Source: Vulcanimicrobiota bacterium (lineage in GTDB: Bacteria; Vulcanimicrobiota; Vulcanimicrobiia; Vulcanimicrobiales; Vulcanimicrobiaceae). From it: a DNA stretch of 64,000 bases. The notes beneath the pieces are model-generated. The model ran no database searches and was not told the DNA's origin. It saw only the letters and a list, made by a program, of their open reading frames with translations. Positions 53,747 to 62,606 of the stretch are shown piece after piece (the first letter of the stretch is position 1; every line of letters begins with the position of its first letter). The position numbers and the translations under genes were made by a program. The stretch covers positions 16,228 through 80,227 of the forward strand of contig PMTY01000183.1 of assembly GCA_003167155.1 (NCBI GenBank), written 5' to 3'.

Positions 53747-56536
53747 AAGGGGAGCGCCCACGATGACACGGGGGTTGCGCGCAAGTAGCAAAGCGGGGAC
53801 GGCCAAGAAGATCAGGCCGAGCCAGGTTGGGAGACGCAGAAGCCACATCACCGGCTTGTTCGTCGAGTCGGTCAGCACGAAGCTGCGCCAGCTCGCCTCT
53901 GCCAGGCGCGGATCGATCGGTGGATAGGCGTGCGCGTGAGCAATGCCACCGGACGCCGGCGTCGACGCGAGGTGAAAGAGGCAGGCGATGACGGCGAAAG
54001 AGGCCAGCGCCGCACCCAGCGCGAGCGTCCGATCGCGATGCCAGAGAACGTAGACGAGATAGCCCACGGGAAAGAGCGGTGCCAGAAACGTTGCCACCGA
54101 CGTCGCGTTCATCCAGGGAACGGCGAGCACGACGAGCGACGCCAGCAGCCACCCGCGATAGGCCCCCGCGCGGGCGGAGAGCAGCAAGGCTGCTGGAACC
54201 GCGGCCGCGATCTCGCCCGTATGTACGAACGATCCGCCTAAGAGCGAAAATGCCGGTGGAACCAGCAGAATCAACGCTGGCTCTTCGTAACGGCGCGCCA
54301 ATTGCATCGCGACCAGCACCCCGACGGCGACCATCGCAAGATAGGAGAGACTTCCGATCAGCACGGCGATGCCGTCGGGCACGCCCGCCGCGGCCACGAG
54401 CGTCGCCAGACTATATTGATTATCGCGCGAAACCTCGGCGAGCGCGTGCGCCGGAACGACCGACGTCACGTACGCGAGCGTCTGGGCCCAACCGCCGCTG
54501 ACCACGGCGAGCGCTCCCAAAAGCGCCATGCCCAAGGCCAGCCGCACCCGAATCGCGGGATAGGCAATGAAGAACGCAAGCGCGGCCGGGAGCGCGATCT
54601 GCGGTTCGACCATCGCTAGCGTCATCGCAACTGCCGCAAATGCAAGCCGTCCGCGCTGGACGCAGAGTGCCGCAACGACGATAGCCGTAAGACCGAGCGG
54701 CATCATGTTGCCGGACGAAAACGACGTCAGCCCAAGCGAAAGCCCCAACGCGCCCAGTGCAACCGGCAGCACTTGCCCGGTAATGGCCGATAAGGCATAC
54801 GCCGCAAGCGCGATCGCAATCGCAATGCCGATCCACCAAACGACGGCCGCCGCCGGAAAGGCCAGCAGCGTCAACGGCAAGAGCAACGCCATTACGTACG
54901 GCGGATATGGCGCCGGAACGGTCACCTTGGGCGGCACTCGATAGTACGGCGCCGGCGTGCCGGCTTCGCAATCGTGCAGCGACGCGGCAAAGTACGGGTT
55001 GAGATGATCGCGCTGCGCGAGCGACGCGCAATAATAGGCGCGGAAATCCACGCCAAGCCAGCCGCTGGCGCGATCGCCGTGAAATTGCAGCGCCATCGGG
55101 ACAACCGTGCAGAGAATCGCCAATACGAGGGCCGGCGTCATGGCCGCGCGCACACGGAACGCGCGCGCCTGCCGCACCAGCATCGAGAGGAGGATGGCCA
55201 GGGCCGTCCACGTCGGAACTCGCACCGCCCAAGCCGCAAGACTTCCCGCCGAACCCTGGCGCGAGTACGCGCTCCAGGAGGCTTCGGGGAATCGCGGATC
55301 GATCGCCGGAGCAACGCCGTGCACGCCGAAATGCGGCGCGCTGAGCGTGTAGAGATGCTGCAGGCCCAGGAGCAGCACGCCCGCCGCTATCGCGGCCAAG
55401 AGAACGACGGTCGTATTCTTCTCCCAAAAACGCCAGGCGAGATAGGCAACGGGAACGATCGGTGCGACGATCAGCGCGGGCGAGACGACCCATCCCCACG
55501 GCACGACGAGCAGCAGTAGCGCGACGATTGCCGCGTTGCGATACCGCGCTTGCGCGCAGCACGCAAACAGCGTTGCAGCAGGCACCGCCGCCGCAATCTG
55601 CGTGATATGAATGAAGCTGCCGCCGAAGACGGCAAAGGCCGGAGGAACGCAGACGATAAAGGCGGCGTTGCGCGTCTCCTTCGCCAGCTTGCCGGCGGCG
55701 ATCGTCCCGGCGACCAGCATCGCCACATACCACAGCGCGCCGGCTCGCAGCGCTGCGCCCGGAGCAATGCCGATTGCAGCCAAGATGGCGCTGAGACTAT
55801 ATTGTGTGTCGCGCGTTACCTCAGAGAGCGCGTGCGCCGGAAGCACGCTGCTGAAGTATTCGAGATTGACCGAAGCCCCAAGAACCCCAAACGACAACGC
55901 GGCGAGTGCAACAAAGCAGAGTGCGAGCAGCCAGCGTGTCGCCGGAGCCCATACCGCCAGTGCTACGCAAACCGGAAGGCCGAGGTGCGGCTCGATCATC
56001 GTACCGGCTGCAAAGATCGCTGCAAGGCGCCAGCGGCCGCTCCACGCGGCATACGCGGCGACGCACGTGCATCCGACCGCGAGCGGCACGACTTCGCCGA
56101 ACGGCAGCGAGAGCGCGCCCAGCGACAATGCGAAGACCGACAGCGACATCTCCCACGAGATGTCGGCAAATCGCGACAGCGTCGCAATGCACGCCAACCA
56201 CGCGAGCAGCAGTAATGCGACCCAGAGCGTCGCAGCGACGCCGAAGGGAAGGAGCGATAACGGAATTAGCGCGGCAATCGCGTAGCCGGGCAGCGGCGCG
56301 GGAATCGTTACGCCGGGATTTTTTCGATAGAATGCCGGCGAGACGATGCGGCGCTCGCACGAGCGCAGCGGCTCGGTTCGATACGGATTGGCCCCTTGCG
56401 ACGCGACGCGCGCCGCGCAATAGAAGGCGCGGAAATCGCCGAGGAAAAAGCCGGAGCGCGCAACGACGCTCGTCTGCGCGCCCAGCGCCAGCAGGGTCGC
56501 CACAACGATGCCGGCGGCGATCCACGGCCTGCCCAC
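53720..56536 (-). CDS. Tandem-duplicated DUF2029/GT87-like membrane glycosyltransferase (two full modules in one 938-aa protein)
   Basis: Module 1 has FLGDFRAFYCAARV...NPYR, MIEPH, VLPAHALSEV, FGGSFIH. Module 2 has LGVDFRAYYCASLA...NPYF, MVEPQ, VVPAHALAEV, LGGSFVH. Each module has roughly a dozen TM helices by eye. Confidence 0.75.
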   Translation of the reverse strand: MGRPWIAAGIVVATLLALGAQTSVVARSGFFLGDFRAFYCAARVASQGANPYRTEPLRSCERRIVSPAFYRKNPGVTIPAPLPGYAIAALIPLSLLPFGVAATLWVALLLLAWLACIATLSRFADISWEMSLSVFALSLGALSLPFGEVVPLAVGCTCVAAYAAWSGRWRLAAIFAAGTMIEPHLGLPVCVALAVWAPATRWLLALCFVALAALSFGVLGASVNLEYFSSVLPAHALSEVTRDTQYSLSAILAAIGIAPGAALRAGALWYVAMLVAGTIAAGKLAKETRNAAFIVCVPPAFAVFGGSFIHITQIAAAVPAATLFACCAQARYRNAAIVALLLLVVPWGWVVSPALIVAPIVPVAYLAWRFWEKNTTVVLLAAIAAGVLLLGLQHLYTLSAPHFGVHGVAPAIDPRFPEASWSAYSRQGSAGSLAAWAVRVPTWTALAILLSMLVRQARAFRVRAAMTPALVLAILCTVVPMALQFHGDRASGWLGVDFRAYYCASLAQRDHLNPYFAASLHDCEAGTPAPYYRVPPKVTVPAPYPPYVMALLLPLTLLAFPAAAVVWWIGIAIAIALAAYALSAITGQVLPVALGALGLSLGLTSFSSGNMMPLGLTAIVVAALCVQRGRLAFAAVAMTLAMVEPQIALPAALAFFIAYPAIRVRLALGMALLGALAVVSGGWAQTLAYVTSVVPAHALAEVSRDNQYSLATLVAAAGVPDGIAVLIGSLSYLAMVAVGVLVAMQLARRYEEPALILLVPPAFSLLGGSFVHTGEIAAAVPAALLLSARAGAYRGWLLASLVVLAVPWMNATSVATFLAPLFPVGYLVYVLWHRDRTLALGAALASFAVIACLFHLASTPASGGIAHAHAYPPIDPRLAEASWRSFVLTDSTNKPVMWLLRLPTWLGLIFLAVPALLLARNPRVIVGAPLVTLSAVEG

Positions 56537-56539
56537 GAG

Positions 56540-58018
56540 CTACGAGCCCGAGGCGATAGGCAGGTCGGCTTCGACGGTCGGTTGGTAATCCAGCTCGGCG
56601 GCAATCTCCGAGAGCCGCTCGAGCACCATGACATGGCGGTGCTCCAAAATCGCCGAGAGCGTACCTACCCACGTCTCGTGCGCATCGCCGATGAGCAGGT
56701 TGCCCCGATAGAGCCGCCCCGCACTGCGATAATGCGCGTACGCGGCACGAACTTCACCGCGTTCGTACTGTTCGTCTCCGTCGTTCACGTGCGCCACGAA
56801 TCCGTTGACGTCGACGATCACGTTCTCCAAATCGAGCGCCAACTCGTCGCCGGCGCGGAAATAGGAATCAACCCGATCGAATCCGACGATTTGCGCGAGC
56901 GCTTTGCGAATATTCGAACAAGCTGTGCGCAAGCTTTGGGCGACCAAGTGCTTCTCGGCGCCCGGCCAAAAGACTTGGCCCAGCTCGGCGCGCGAAACGC
57001 TGCCGCTGGGATGTAACGCTAGATACTTGAAGAGCTGGCGGTCGCGGCGGCGGATCCAGTCGATGGGCCGGCGGTCGACCTCAGCGCGGAACCATCCGAA
57101 GAGGCGTACCTGCATCGGCGTCACCGTTTGGACGCGACGCCCGTAACGGTCGTAGATGCGGCTGCGCGATAGGGCGCGCAGCGGACGATAGCCGTCGGGC
57201 GTATGCACGACGAACAATCCTTGCTCTTCGAGGGCCTGCAGTTGCTGGCGGTCGTCGAGGTAAGAACCGCTCATCAACTTGAAGACTAAGTCCGACTCTT
57301 TTTCCGAAACGTGTTTCAGCGCGTCGGCAATAAACTCGTTGAAGAGATGCCCGTGGCGCAAGCGCCAGTTCTCAAAAGCTCCGGAGAGGCCGCAGTTATC
57401 TTCAGCGGCTTTGCGCAGTGCGCTGCTCACGACGTGGGGCCAACCGTCGGTGACTTCCAGGATGCGCAGCACGTCGGCGTGCGAGTGCGACACTTCCAGG
57501 GTCTCCGCGAGATGGCGAATGCCGGTGGCATCGAAGGCGAGTCGTTCCGGATCGCAGAGCGACGCGATTCCTTGCGCGACTAAACGCCCGACTTGAAACG
57601 ATGCGCGCGAGCGACATGCGATCAGCAGTGAAACGCCGTTGGGAAGATCTTCGATGAGTGCCATGATCGCGTCGATGCCTTCGGTATCGGGAACCGCATC
57701 GCAGTCCAGCGCGAGTTCCAGCGGGGCGCGCGATGCTAGGGCCTCAACGACAGCTTCATGAGATTGGAGCTCGAGGTCGGGTTCCAGGGCGCGACCGATG
57801 CCGGCCCAGACCGCTTGCGCGTTCGAGCCCGCAGCGACGACGGAATACTTGCCATGGGGGGTGCAGTGCTGGAGATATCCGAGGATAGCCATCGTCTTCC
57901 CGAATCCGGGAGGAGCGACTAAGAACCGAACCGGGACACTCTTGAAGCGGCCTAACCATTCTTCCAGGCGTGCCCTACGGACGATTGACGGCCCCAAACG
58001 AGGCAGCTTTGAGTTCAT
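56540..58018 (-). CDS. Transcriptional regulator: N-terminal P-loop NTPase plus C-terminal SARP module (OmpR-type winged helix + BTAD)
   Basis: Walker A in FLVAPPGFGKTMAILGYL. C-terminal RLFGWFRAEVDRRPIDW...LFKYLALHPSGSVSRAELGQVFWPG...SLRTACSNIRKAL followed by a BTAD-like segment (AYAHYRSAGRLYRGNLL). Confidence 0.7.
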   Translation of the reverse strand: MNSKLPRLGPSIVRRARLEEWLGRFKSVPVRFLVAPPGFGKTMAILGYLQHCTPHGKYSVVAAGSNAQAVWAGIGRALEPDLELQSHEAVVEALASRAPLELALDCDAVPDTEGIDAIMALIEDLPNGVSLLIACRSRASFQVGRLVAQGIASLCDPERLAFDATGIRHLAETLEVSHSHADVLRILEVTDGWPHVVSSALRKAAEDNCGLSGAFENWRLRHGHLFNEFIADALKHVSEKESDLVFKLMSGSYLDDRQQLQALEEQGLFVVHTPDGYRPLRALSRSRIYDRYGRRVQTVTPMQVRLFGWFRAEVDRRPIDWIRRRDRQLFKYLALHPSGSVSRAELGQVFWPGAEKHLVAQSLRTACSNIRKALAQIVGFDRVDSYFRAGDELALDLENVIVDVNGFVAHVNDGDEQYERGEVRAAYAHYRSAGRLYRGNLLIGDAHETWVGTLSAILEHRHVMVLERLSEIAAELDYQPTVEADLPIASGS

Positions 58019-58062
58019 GTATTAGCCAGAGAAAGCAAGTATGTATCCTCCTCTGGAACCCC

Positions 58063-58091
58063 ATTGTATAATTTTGTTAACATATATGCAA
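58063..58091 (-). promoter_or_regulatory. Sigma70-type promoter for the regulator gene
   Basis: On the minus strand: TTGCAT (58091-58086), a 17-nt AT-rich spacer, then TACAAT (58068-58063). Locally AT-rich in a GC-rich genome. Confidence 0.5.
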
Positions 58092-58098
58092 GCAGTCC

Positions 58099-59004
58099 TT
58101 AGTCTTGCTCCCCTTTTGAGATAAGCCGATGGCTGAGCCGATCTATAAGTCGACTGCGCCACCTTACCTGATAATTGTATCGGCGCAACACGTTAACGGC
58201 TTTAACCGTTAATGGCTGTGCACGTACGAATATGTCGGTAATTGCGTGATTTTGGCTCAATTTTGGCCTCAAAAGCGCTAAAACTTCGCTGGCTGCGGCG
58301 GGGTGCTTCCCTCGAAAACGGATCAATCGCGGATAGACCGGCTTGAAGTATTGCGCGACATCGAAGCCCTCGAGCTGCTCCTCGGAGAGGATATTGCCGG
58401 GTGCGCCCAGGGACGAATAATGCCGTCCCTTTTCGGCGTGCCGGCGCGGCTCTAGGGTATGTCCGTAGTGGGCGTAGACGTATGGAAGCGCGATCCGCTT
58501 ACCCGAAAGCCCCAGCAGCCGTTCGTGTACGGCTCCCTTCCATCGCAGACCGGGCTTATAACGAAAGAACATCATTCGGCGTTCGATCGACGTGTAGTAC
58601 TCGAACGACGCGAAGAAATGCCACGTATATCCATCAACGAAATCGTACGTTGCCGGCAGCTCGGCGAGACGTCGCGCAATGCCGCTCACGGGGGCGCCGT
58701 GCACCTCGTCGGCATCCACGAAGGCGACCCAGTTGCCGGCGTTGTGCCGTTCGTGAATCTGAAGACAGATGTTGCGCGCAGCGTCAAAACCGCTAAAGGG
58801 CGTGCGATCGACGATCAGCCGGCCCTCTTTTCCGAGGCGGCTTTCCGCCAACGTCTGCGTGTGCGGCGAGGGGCCGGGAGCATTATCGTTGACGATCAAG
58901 AGCGCCGCAGCGTCGGCAATCGACGCGAGCATCGCGCTGAGGAACGGTTCGTCCCGCGCTCCCAGAATCAAATGAGCGGCGACGCCGCCGGCCGGCGAAT
59001 TCAT
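58099..59004 (-). CDS. Glycosyltransferase family 2-like protein
   Basis: LIVNDNAPGPSP and WVAFVDADEVHG (DxD-like). 301 aa. Confidence 0.6.
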   Translation of the reverse strand: MNSPAGGVAAHLILGARDEPFLSAMLASIADAAALLIVNDNAPGPSPHTQTLAESRLGKEGRLIVDRTPFSGFDAARNICLQIHERHNAGNWVAFVDADEVHGAPVSGIARRLAELPATYDFVDGYTWHFFASFEYYTSIERRMMFFRYKPGLRWKGAVHERLLGLSGKRIALPYVYAHYGHTLEPRRHAEKGRHYSSLGAPGNILSEEQLEGFDVAQYFKPVYPRLIRFRGKHPAAASEVLALLRPKLSQNHAITDIFVRAQPLTVKAVNVLRRYNYQVRWRSRLIDRLSHRLISKGEQD

Positions 59005-59063
59005 TCACAACGCGCTTCGAGTGCAGCGGCGGAGTTTCCGCCAGCTACGCGAAGTCGAGCGCG

Positions 59064-60125
59064 ATGCCGCCCCTGCGCTTGGCCGTCGACGCGCGCGTTA
59101 TCGCCGAAGACACGCGTGGAATCGGGCGTTACGCGCGCGCCGTGCTTCGCCGGCTCGTTCTGCGCGCCGATATCGAGCTAACGCTGCTCGCCGACGGATT
59201 CTTCCCCCAGGCGCGTCGCGCCGCTTATACTCGCGCGCTCGGCGGCGGCTCGTTCGCGGTGACGTCGCGCGTTCCGAAGCACGCTGAGGTCATCTGGCAT
59301 CCCGCAAACGGCACCTTCTTCTCCTCCTTCTCCTCGCGTCTTCCCAGCGTCGCGACGATTCACGATGCGGTCCCGTTTCGCTATCCGGATCCGGATGCAA
59401 AGCGGCGCGATCGCGCGCAGCAGCCGTTCTTGCGCTCGGCCCAAACGGCGACGCGGGTGATTGCCGTTTCGGAGTTCGGGCGTAGCGAGGTGCATGCGAT
59501 GCTCGGCGTGCCGTTGGAACGCATCGAGGTAATTGCGCACGGGGTTGAGCCGTCGTTTTCACCGGGAGAGGCAGGGCCTTTACCGCCGAGCTTGACGGGA
59601 GCGCGGTTCTTGCTTTTCGTCGGCGATCCGATCGGCGAGCCGCGGAAGAACTTCCCGCTGTTGTACGAGGCGTACCGGCGGGTGTGGCCAGGTCTTGACG
59701 GACCGGTGCTTGCCGTTGCAGGGCCGCGTGCGCCGGAGTTGCCGGGAGTCCTGCATCTGGGGAACTTGGGCGACGACCTGACCGCCGGCGGCAGCGATGT
59801 CTTGCTCGCGTGCTATCGTGGGGCGGTCGCACTGACGCTCGCGTCGTGTCACGAGACCTTCGGCATGCCAATGCTCGAAGCGATGGCATGCGGCACGCCG
59901 GTCGTGGCGTCCGCTGCCGGTTCCCTGCCCGAGGTGGGCGGGGATGCAGCGCTCTACGCGCCGCCGGACGATTGCGCGGCGTGGACTTCAGCGTTGCGCC
60001 GGATCGTTTTGGACGGCGAGCTTCGGGACCGATTGCGAGCGGCTGGGCCACAACGTGCAAAGGAGTTTAGCTGGGACGAAAGCGCCCGGCGGCACGTCGC
60101 CCTATTTCGGTCGGTCGTCAGATGA
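59064..60125 (+). CDS. Glycosyltransferase family 4
   Basis: ETFGMPMLEAMACGTPVVASAAGSLPEVGGDAALY (E-x7-E). Confidence 0.85.
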   Translation: MPPLRLAVDARVIAEDTRGIGRYARAVLRRLVLRADIELTLLADGFFPQARRAAYTRALGGGSFAVTSRVPKHAEVIWHPANGTFFSSFSSRLPSVATIHDAVPFRYPDPDAKRRDRAQQPFLRSAQTATRVIAVSEFGRSEVHAMLGVPLERIEVIAHGVEPSFSPGEAGPLPPSLTGARFLLFVGDPIGEPRKNFPLLYEAYRRVWPGLDGPVLAVAGPRAPELPGVLHLGNLGDDLTAGGSDVLLACYRGAVALTLASCHETFGMPMLEAMACGTPVVASAAGSLPEVGGDAALYAPPDDCAAWTSALRRIVLDGELRDRLRAAGPQRAKEFSWDESARRHVALFRSVVR

Positions 60126-61156
60126 TCCGGCTCGGGGTGGACGCGTGGAACCTTCCCGGCGATCGTCGGGGCATCGGACGCTATCTGCGCGAGATCCTTC
60201 GCGTTTGGCGCGAACGGGAGCGCGACCGGGTGGAGGTGACGCTGATCGTTCCGGAGTGGCACACCTGGACCGTCCGCGCGCGCTATTTGCGGGAGGTCGA
60301 GCCGGCGCAGTATCGCGTTGTTTCGCGGCGTCTGCATCGGCGCGCGGGCTTGGATGCGCTCTGGTTTCCTTTTAACGGGTGCAGTTGGACGAACTTTTCG
60401 CTGCCCGCCACCGCCACGCTGCACGACGCATCCAACTTCGTGGTTGAGGGCTACGCTCCGCAAACGCAGTCGATCTTTCGCGCGGCGGCGGAGCGCTGCC
60501 GGGCGCTGATCACCGATTCACGCTTTGCGCAGCGCGAGCTCGCACGCGAGCTTGGGATCGCTCCGGAACGACTGGTGCCGATCGAGCTGGGCGTCAATCC
60601 GCCGCGGCCTGCCAAACCAATCGCACTCGACCTTGCTGCGCTCGAGCCCTTCGTTCTTTACGTGGGGACGGCGGAACGGCGAAAGGGTTTCGATACATTG
60701 CTCGACGCGATGGCCCTCGTGCGCGACCAATGCCCGCATCTCAAACTCGTCGTTACATCGCGGCTCGACGGCTCGTTTGCGGTTCCGCAGAACGTTCGAG
60801 CGATCGAGCTAGGATACGTGGACGACGATACGCTGGCGGCGCTCTATCGCGCCTGCGCCGTGTTGGCCTTTCCGTCGCGCTATGAGGGTTTTGGCTTGCC
60901 GGTGCTCGAGGCGATGAGCTACGGCGCGCCGGTCATCGCGTCGAACGCCGCCTCGGTGCCCGAAGCCGGCGGTGACGCCGCCGCGTACGTTCCGCCGAGC
61001 AACGCGGCTGCATTGGCGGCGGCCATCGCGCGAGTTACCGGAGATCCCGCGTACGCACAAGAGTTGCGCCGGCGAGGCCCGCTACGGGCGGCCGCATTTC
61101 CTTGGGAACGAACGGCATCGCGCACTCTCGACGTTATGGCGACGCTACTTGGCTAG
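60122..61156 (+). CDS. Glycosyltransferase family 4
   Basis: ATGA overlap with the previous GT4. EGFGLPVLEAMSYGAPVIASNAASVPEAGGDAAAY. Confidence 0.85.
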   Translation: MIRLGVDAWNLPGDRRGIGRYLREILRVWRERERDRVEVTLIVPEWHTWTVRARYLREVEPAQYRVVSRRLHRRAGLDALWFPFNGCSWTNFSLPATATLHDASNFVVEGYAPQTQSIFRAAAERCRALITDSRFAQRELARELGIAPERLVPIELGVNPPRPAKPIALDLAALEPFVLYVGTAERRKGFDTLLDAMALVRDQCPHLKLVVTSRLDGSFAVPQNVRAIELGYVDDDTLAALYRACAVLAFPSRYEGFGLPVLEAMSYGAPVIASNAASVPEAGGDAAAYVPPSNAAALAAAIARVTGDPAYAQELRRRGPLRAAAFPWERTASRTLDVMATLLG

Positions 61157-61679
61157 ACTCACGGATGCACCGGACGAGCCGCAGAGCACCCAGCTTGCGA
61201 CAGGAATCGTACTGCGGGGAGGACGCCTGCTCATGGTTGCGTCGCGTTACCCCAACCAGCCGCAGCCATTGTGGAATCTTCCGGGCGGACGTCAACAACC
61301 TGGCGAGCTGCTCGAAGAAACCGTCGTTCGGGAGTTCTCAGAGGAGACGGGTCTGCACGTAATCGTCCGCGGGCTCGCGTACGTCAGCGAGAGTTACGAT
61401 GGCGACTTGCACTTCCTGAATGCGACGTTCTTGGTTGACGTGATCGCAGGCTCATCCTTCGACCCTTCGACAGGCTCGGGGCAGGCTGAGCTCAGGATGA
61501 CACGGGGCGATCACATTGTTGCGGTGGAGTGGGTGGCGTTGGGCGCTGTGCGCGAGAGAATCGCTGTCGCAGTCGTGCGTGAGCCGCTCGTCGCTTTTCT
61601 GGAGGGTGCCCTCGAACGACGCTATGCGGGCTACCATGAGGCGGGGACTACGATCGAGTGGCCTGACGATTCCGCCTGA
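61149..61679 (+). CDS. Nudix hydrolase carrying an in-frame REP-like insertion
   Basis: Start set to TTG 61149 (ORF-track 60972 lies inside the GT4 gene). Nudix box GGRQQPGELLEETVVREFSEETGL. Confidence 0.8.
   Translation: MARLTDAPDEPQSTQLATGIVLRGGRLLMVASRYPNQPQPLWNLPGGRQQPGELLEETVVREFSEETGLHVIVRGLAYVSESYDGDLHFLNATFLVDVIAGSSFDPSTGSGQAELRMTRGDHIVAVEWVALGAVRERIAVAVVREPLVAFLEGALERRYAGYHEAGTTIEWPDDSA
61452..61501. repeat. Extended REP-like palindromic element inside the Nudix gene
   Basis: tcatccttcgacccttcgacaggctcggggcaggctgagctcaggatgac. Outer arms tcatcct/aggatga. The inner core ccttcgacaggctcgggg matches the 20175 and 53720 copies. Confidence 0.75.
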
Positions 61680-62223
61680 TCTGTGCCTCCCAATGCTCGC
61701 GCTCGAGCGCGTGCGCCATCACGTCCACCGGCCTTCCTTGCACCGTTGCACCGCGTGGCAGGGTGGTTTCAGTTTCGAAGCCGCTTCGTTTGAGGACCGC
61801 GCGCGACGATTTGTTCTCCGGCAGACAGTAGGCGCGAATTCGCTGAAGGTCGGCCTGGTAGAAGCCCTCTTCAATCAGCGCCATAACCGCCTCGGTCGCG
61901 ATGCCGCGATTGCGGTAGGTGCGCACCACGCTGTAGCCGATCTCCGCCGATAAGCGGTCGTTCTCGGAAATACGCAGCGAGACCCAGCCCAGCGGCGGGC
62001 TCCCAGCCGCGACGAAGTGCAGCAGCCACTCGAAGCGGCCGACGGTTCCGGGACTAAAACGAGTTGGTCTGGCGCCGACCGCTCGGAGAAACTGCGCGCG
62101 ATTGAGGTTGGGCAAATCTTGGTAGTCCCGCAGATCGGGCTCTTGCAATACTTCCCACAAGATCCCGGCGTTGGCGGCGGTTACGGGCACGAGCCGTAAG
62201 CGCGCCGTTCGAATTAATCTCAT
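61648..62223 (-). CDS. GNAT N-acetyltransferase (RimJ/RimL-like)
   Basis: Trimmed to ATG 62223. TARLRLVPVT N-terminus and YRNRGIATEAVMALIEEGF acetyl-CoA motif. Confidence 0.8.
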   Translation of the reverse strand: MRLIRTARLRLVPVTAANAGILWEVLQEPDLRDYQDLPNLNRAQFLRAVGARPTRFSPGTVGRFEWLLHFVAAGSPPLGWVSLRISENDRLSAEIGYSVVRTYRNRGIATEAVMALIEEGFYQADLQRIRAYCLPENKSSRAVLKRSGFETETTLPRGATVQGRPVDVMAHALEREHWEAQIRRNRQATRS

Positions 62224-62261
62224 TGGAGCGAAACTATTCCTAGACGCGCGCACCGCGGCGC

Positions 62262-62606
62262 GTGATAGCAGCCACGATGGATTTTGCTGCCGCATACGCA
62301 AGCCGGTCGCCCGCCTGGGTTGACTTCAAGGGTACCGTTTCCTCTGCGCCGCGCTTCTTCTATGGATCGCGCACGCACTGCATGCACGAGGCCTTCGACG
62401 TCCAAAGCAGTGCAGGCGGGTTGGAAGTCGTCGATAATGTCGGGATCGCTCCCCGCTGCCCGGTACAGGCGGGCGACTCGATCGAGATCTGCGGCCGGAT
62501 GGTGCACGATCCTGGGCGACCCCCGATCGTCCATTGGACCCATCACGACCCCGAGCACGACCGTCCCGGCGGTTTTATTCGTTTGCACGGGAGGCTGTAC
62601 GCGTAG
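62262..62606 (+). CDS. DUF3465-like protein
   Basis: C-terminal VHWTHHDPEHDRPGGFIRLHGRLY matches my recollection of the DUF3465 signature. Preferred over the overlapping minus-strand ORF 62220..62669. Confidence 0.55.
   Translation: MIAATMDFAAAYASRSPAWVDFKGTVSSAPRFFYGSRTHCMHEAFDVQSSAGGLEVVDNVGIAPRCPVQAGDSIEICGRMVHDPGRPPIVHWTHHDPEHDRPGGFIRLHGRLYA

Noticed and set aside
54420-56672. Alternative-frame ORFs 54420..55733 (437 aa), 55821..56672 (283 aa), 55550..56215, 55611..56285 and 55906..56559
   Set aside because: All overlap the 938-aa tandem GT87-like gene. That gene's frame gives coherent TM helices and repeated family motifs, whereas these frames are Arg/Ala-rich.
59290-60060. 256-aa minus-strand ORF
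   Set aside because: It is antisense to a GT4 gene with an intact E-x7-E motif and has Arg/Pro/Ala-rich composition.
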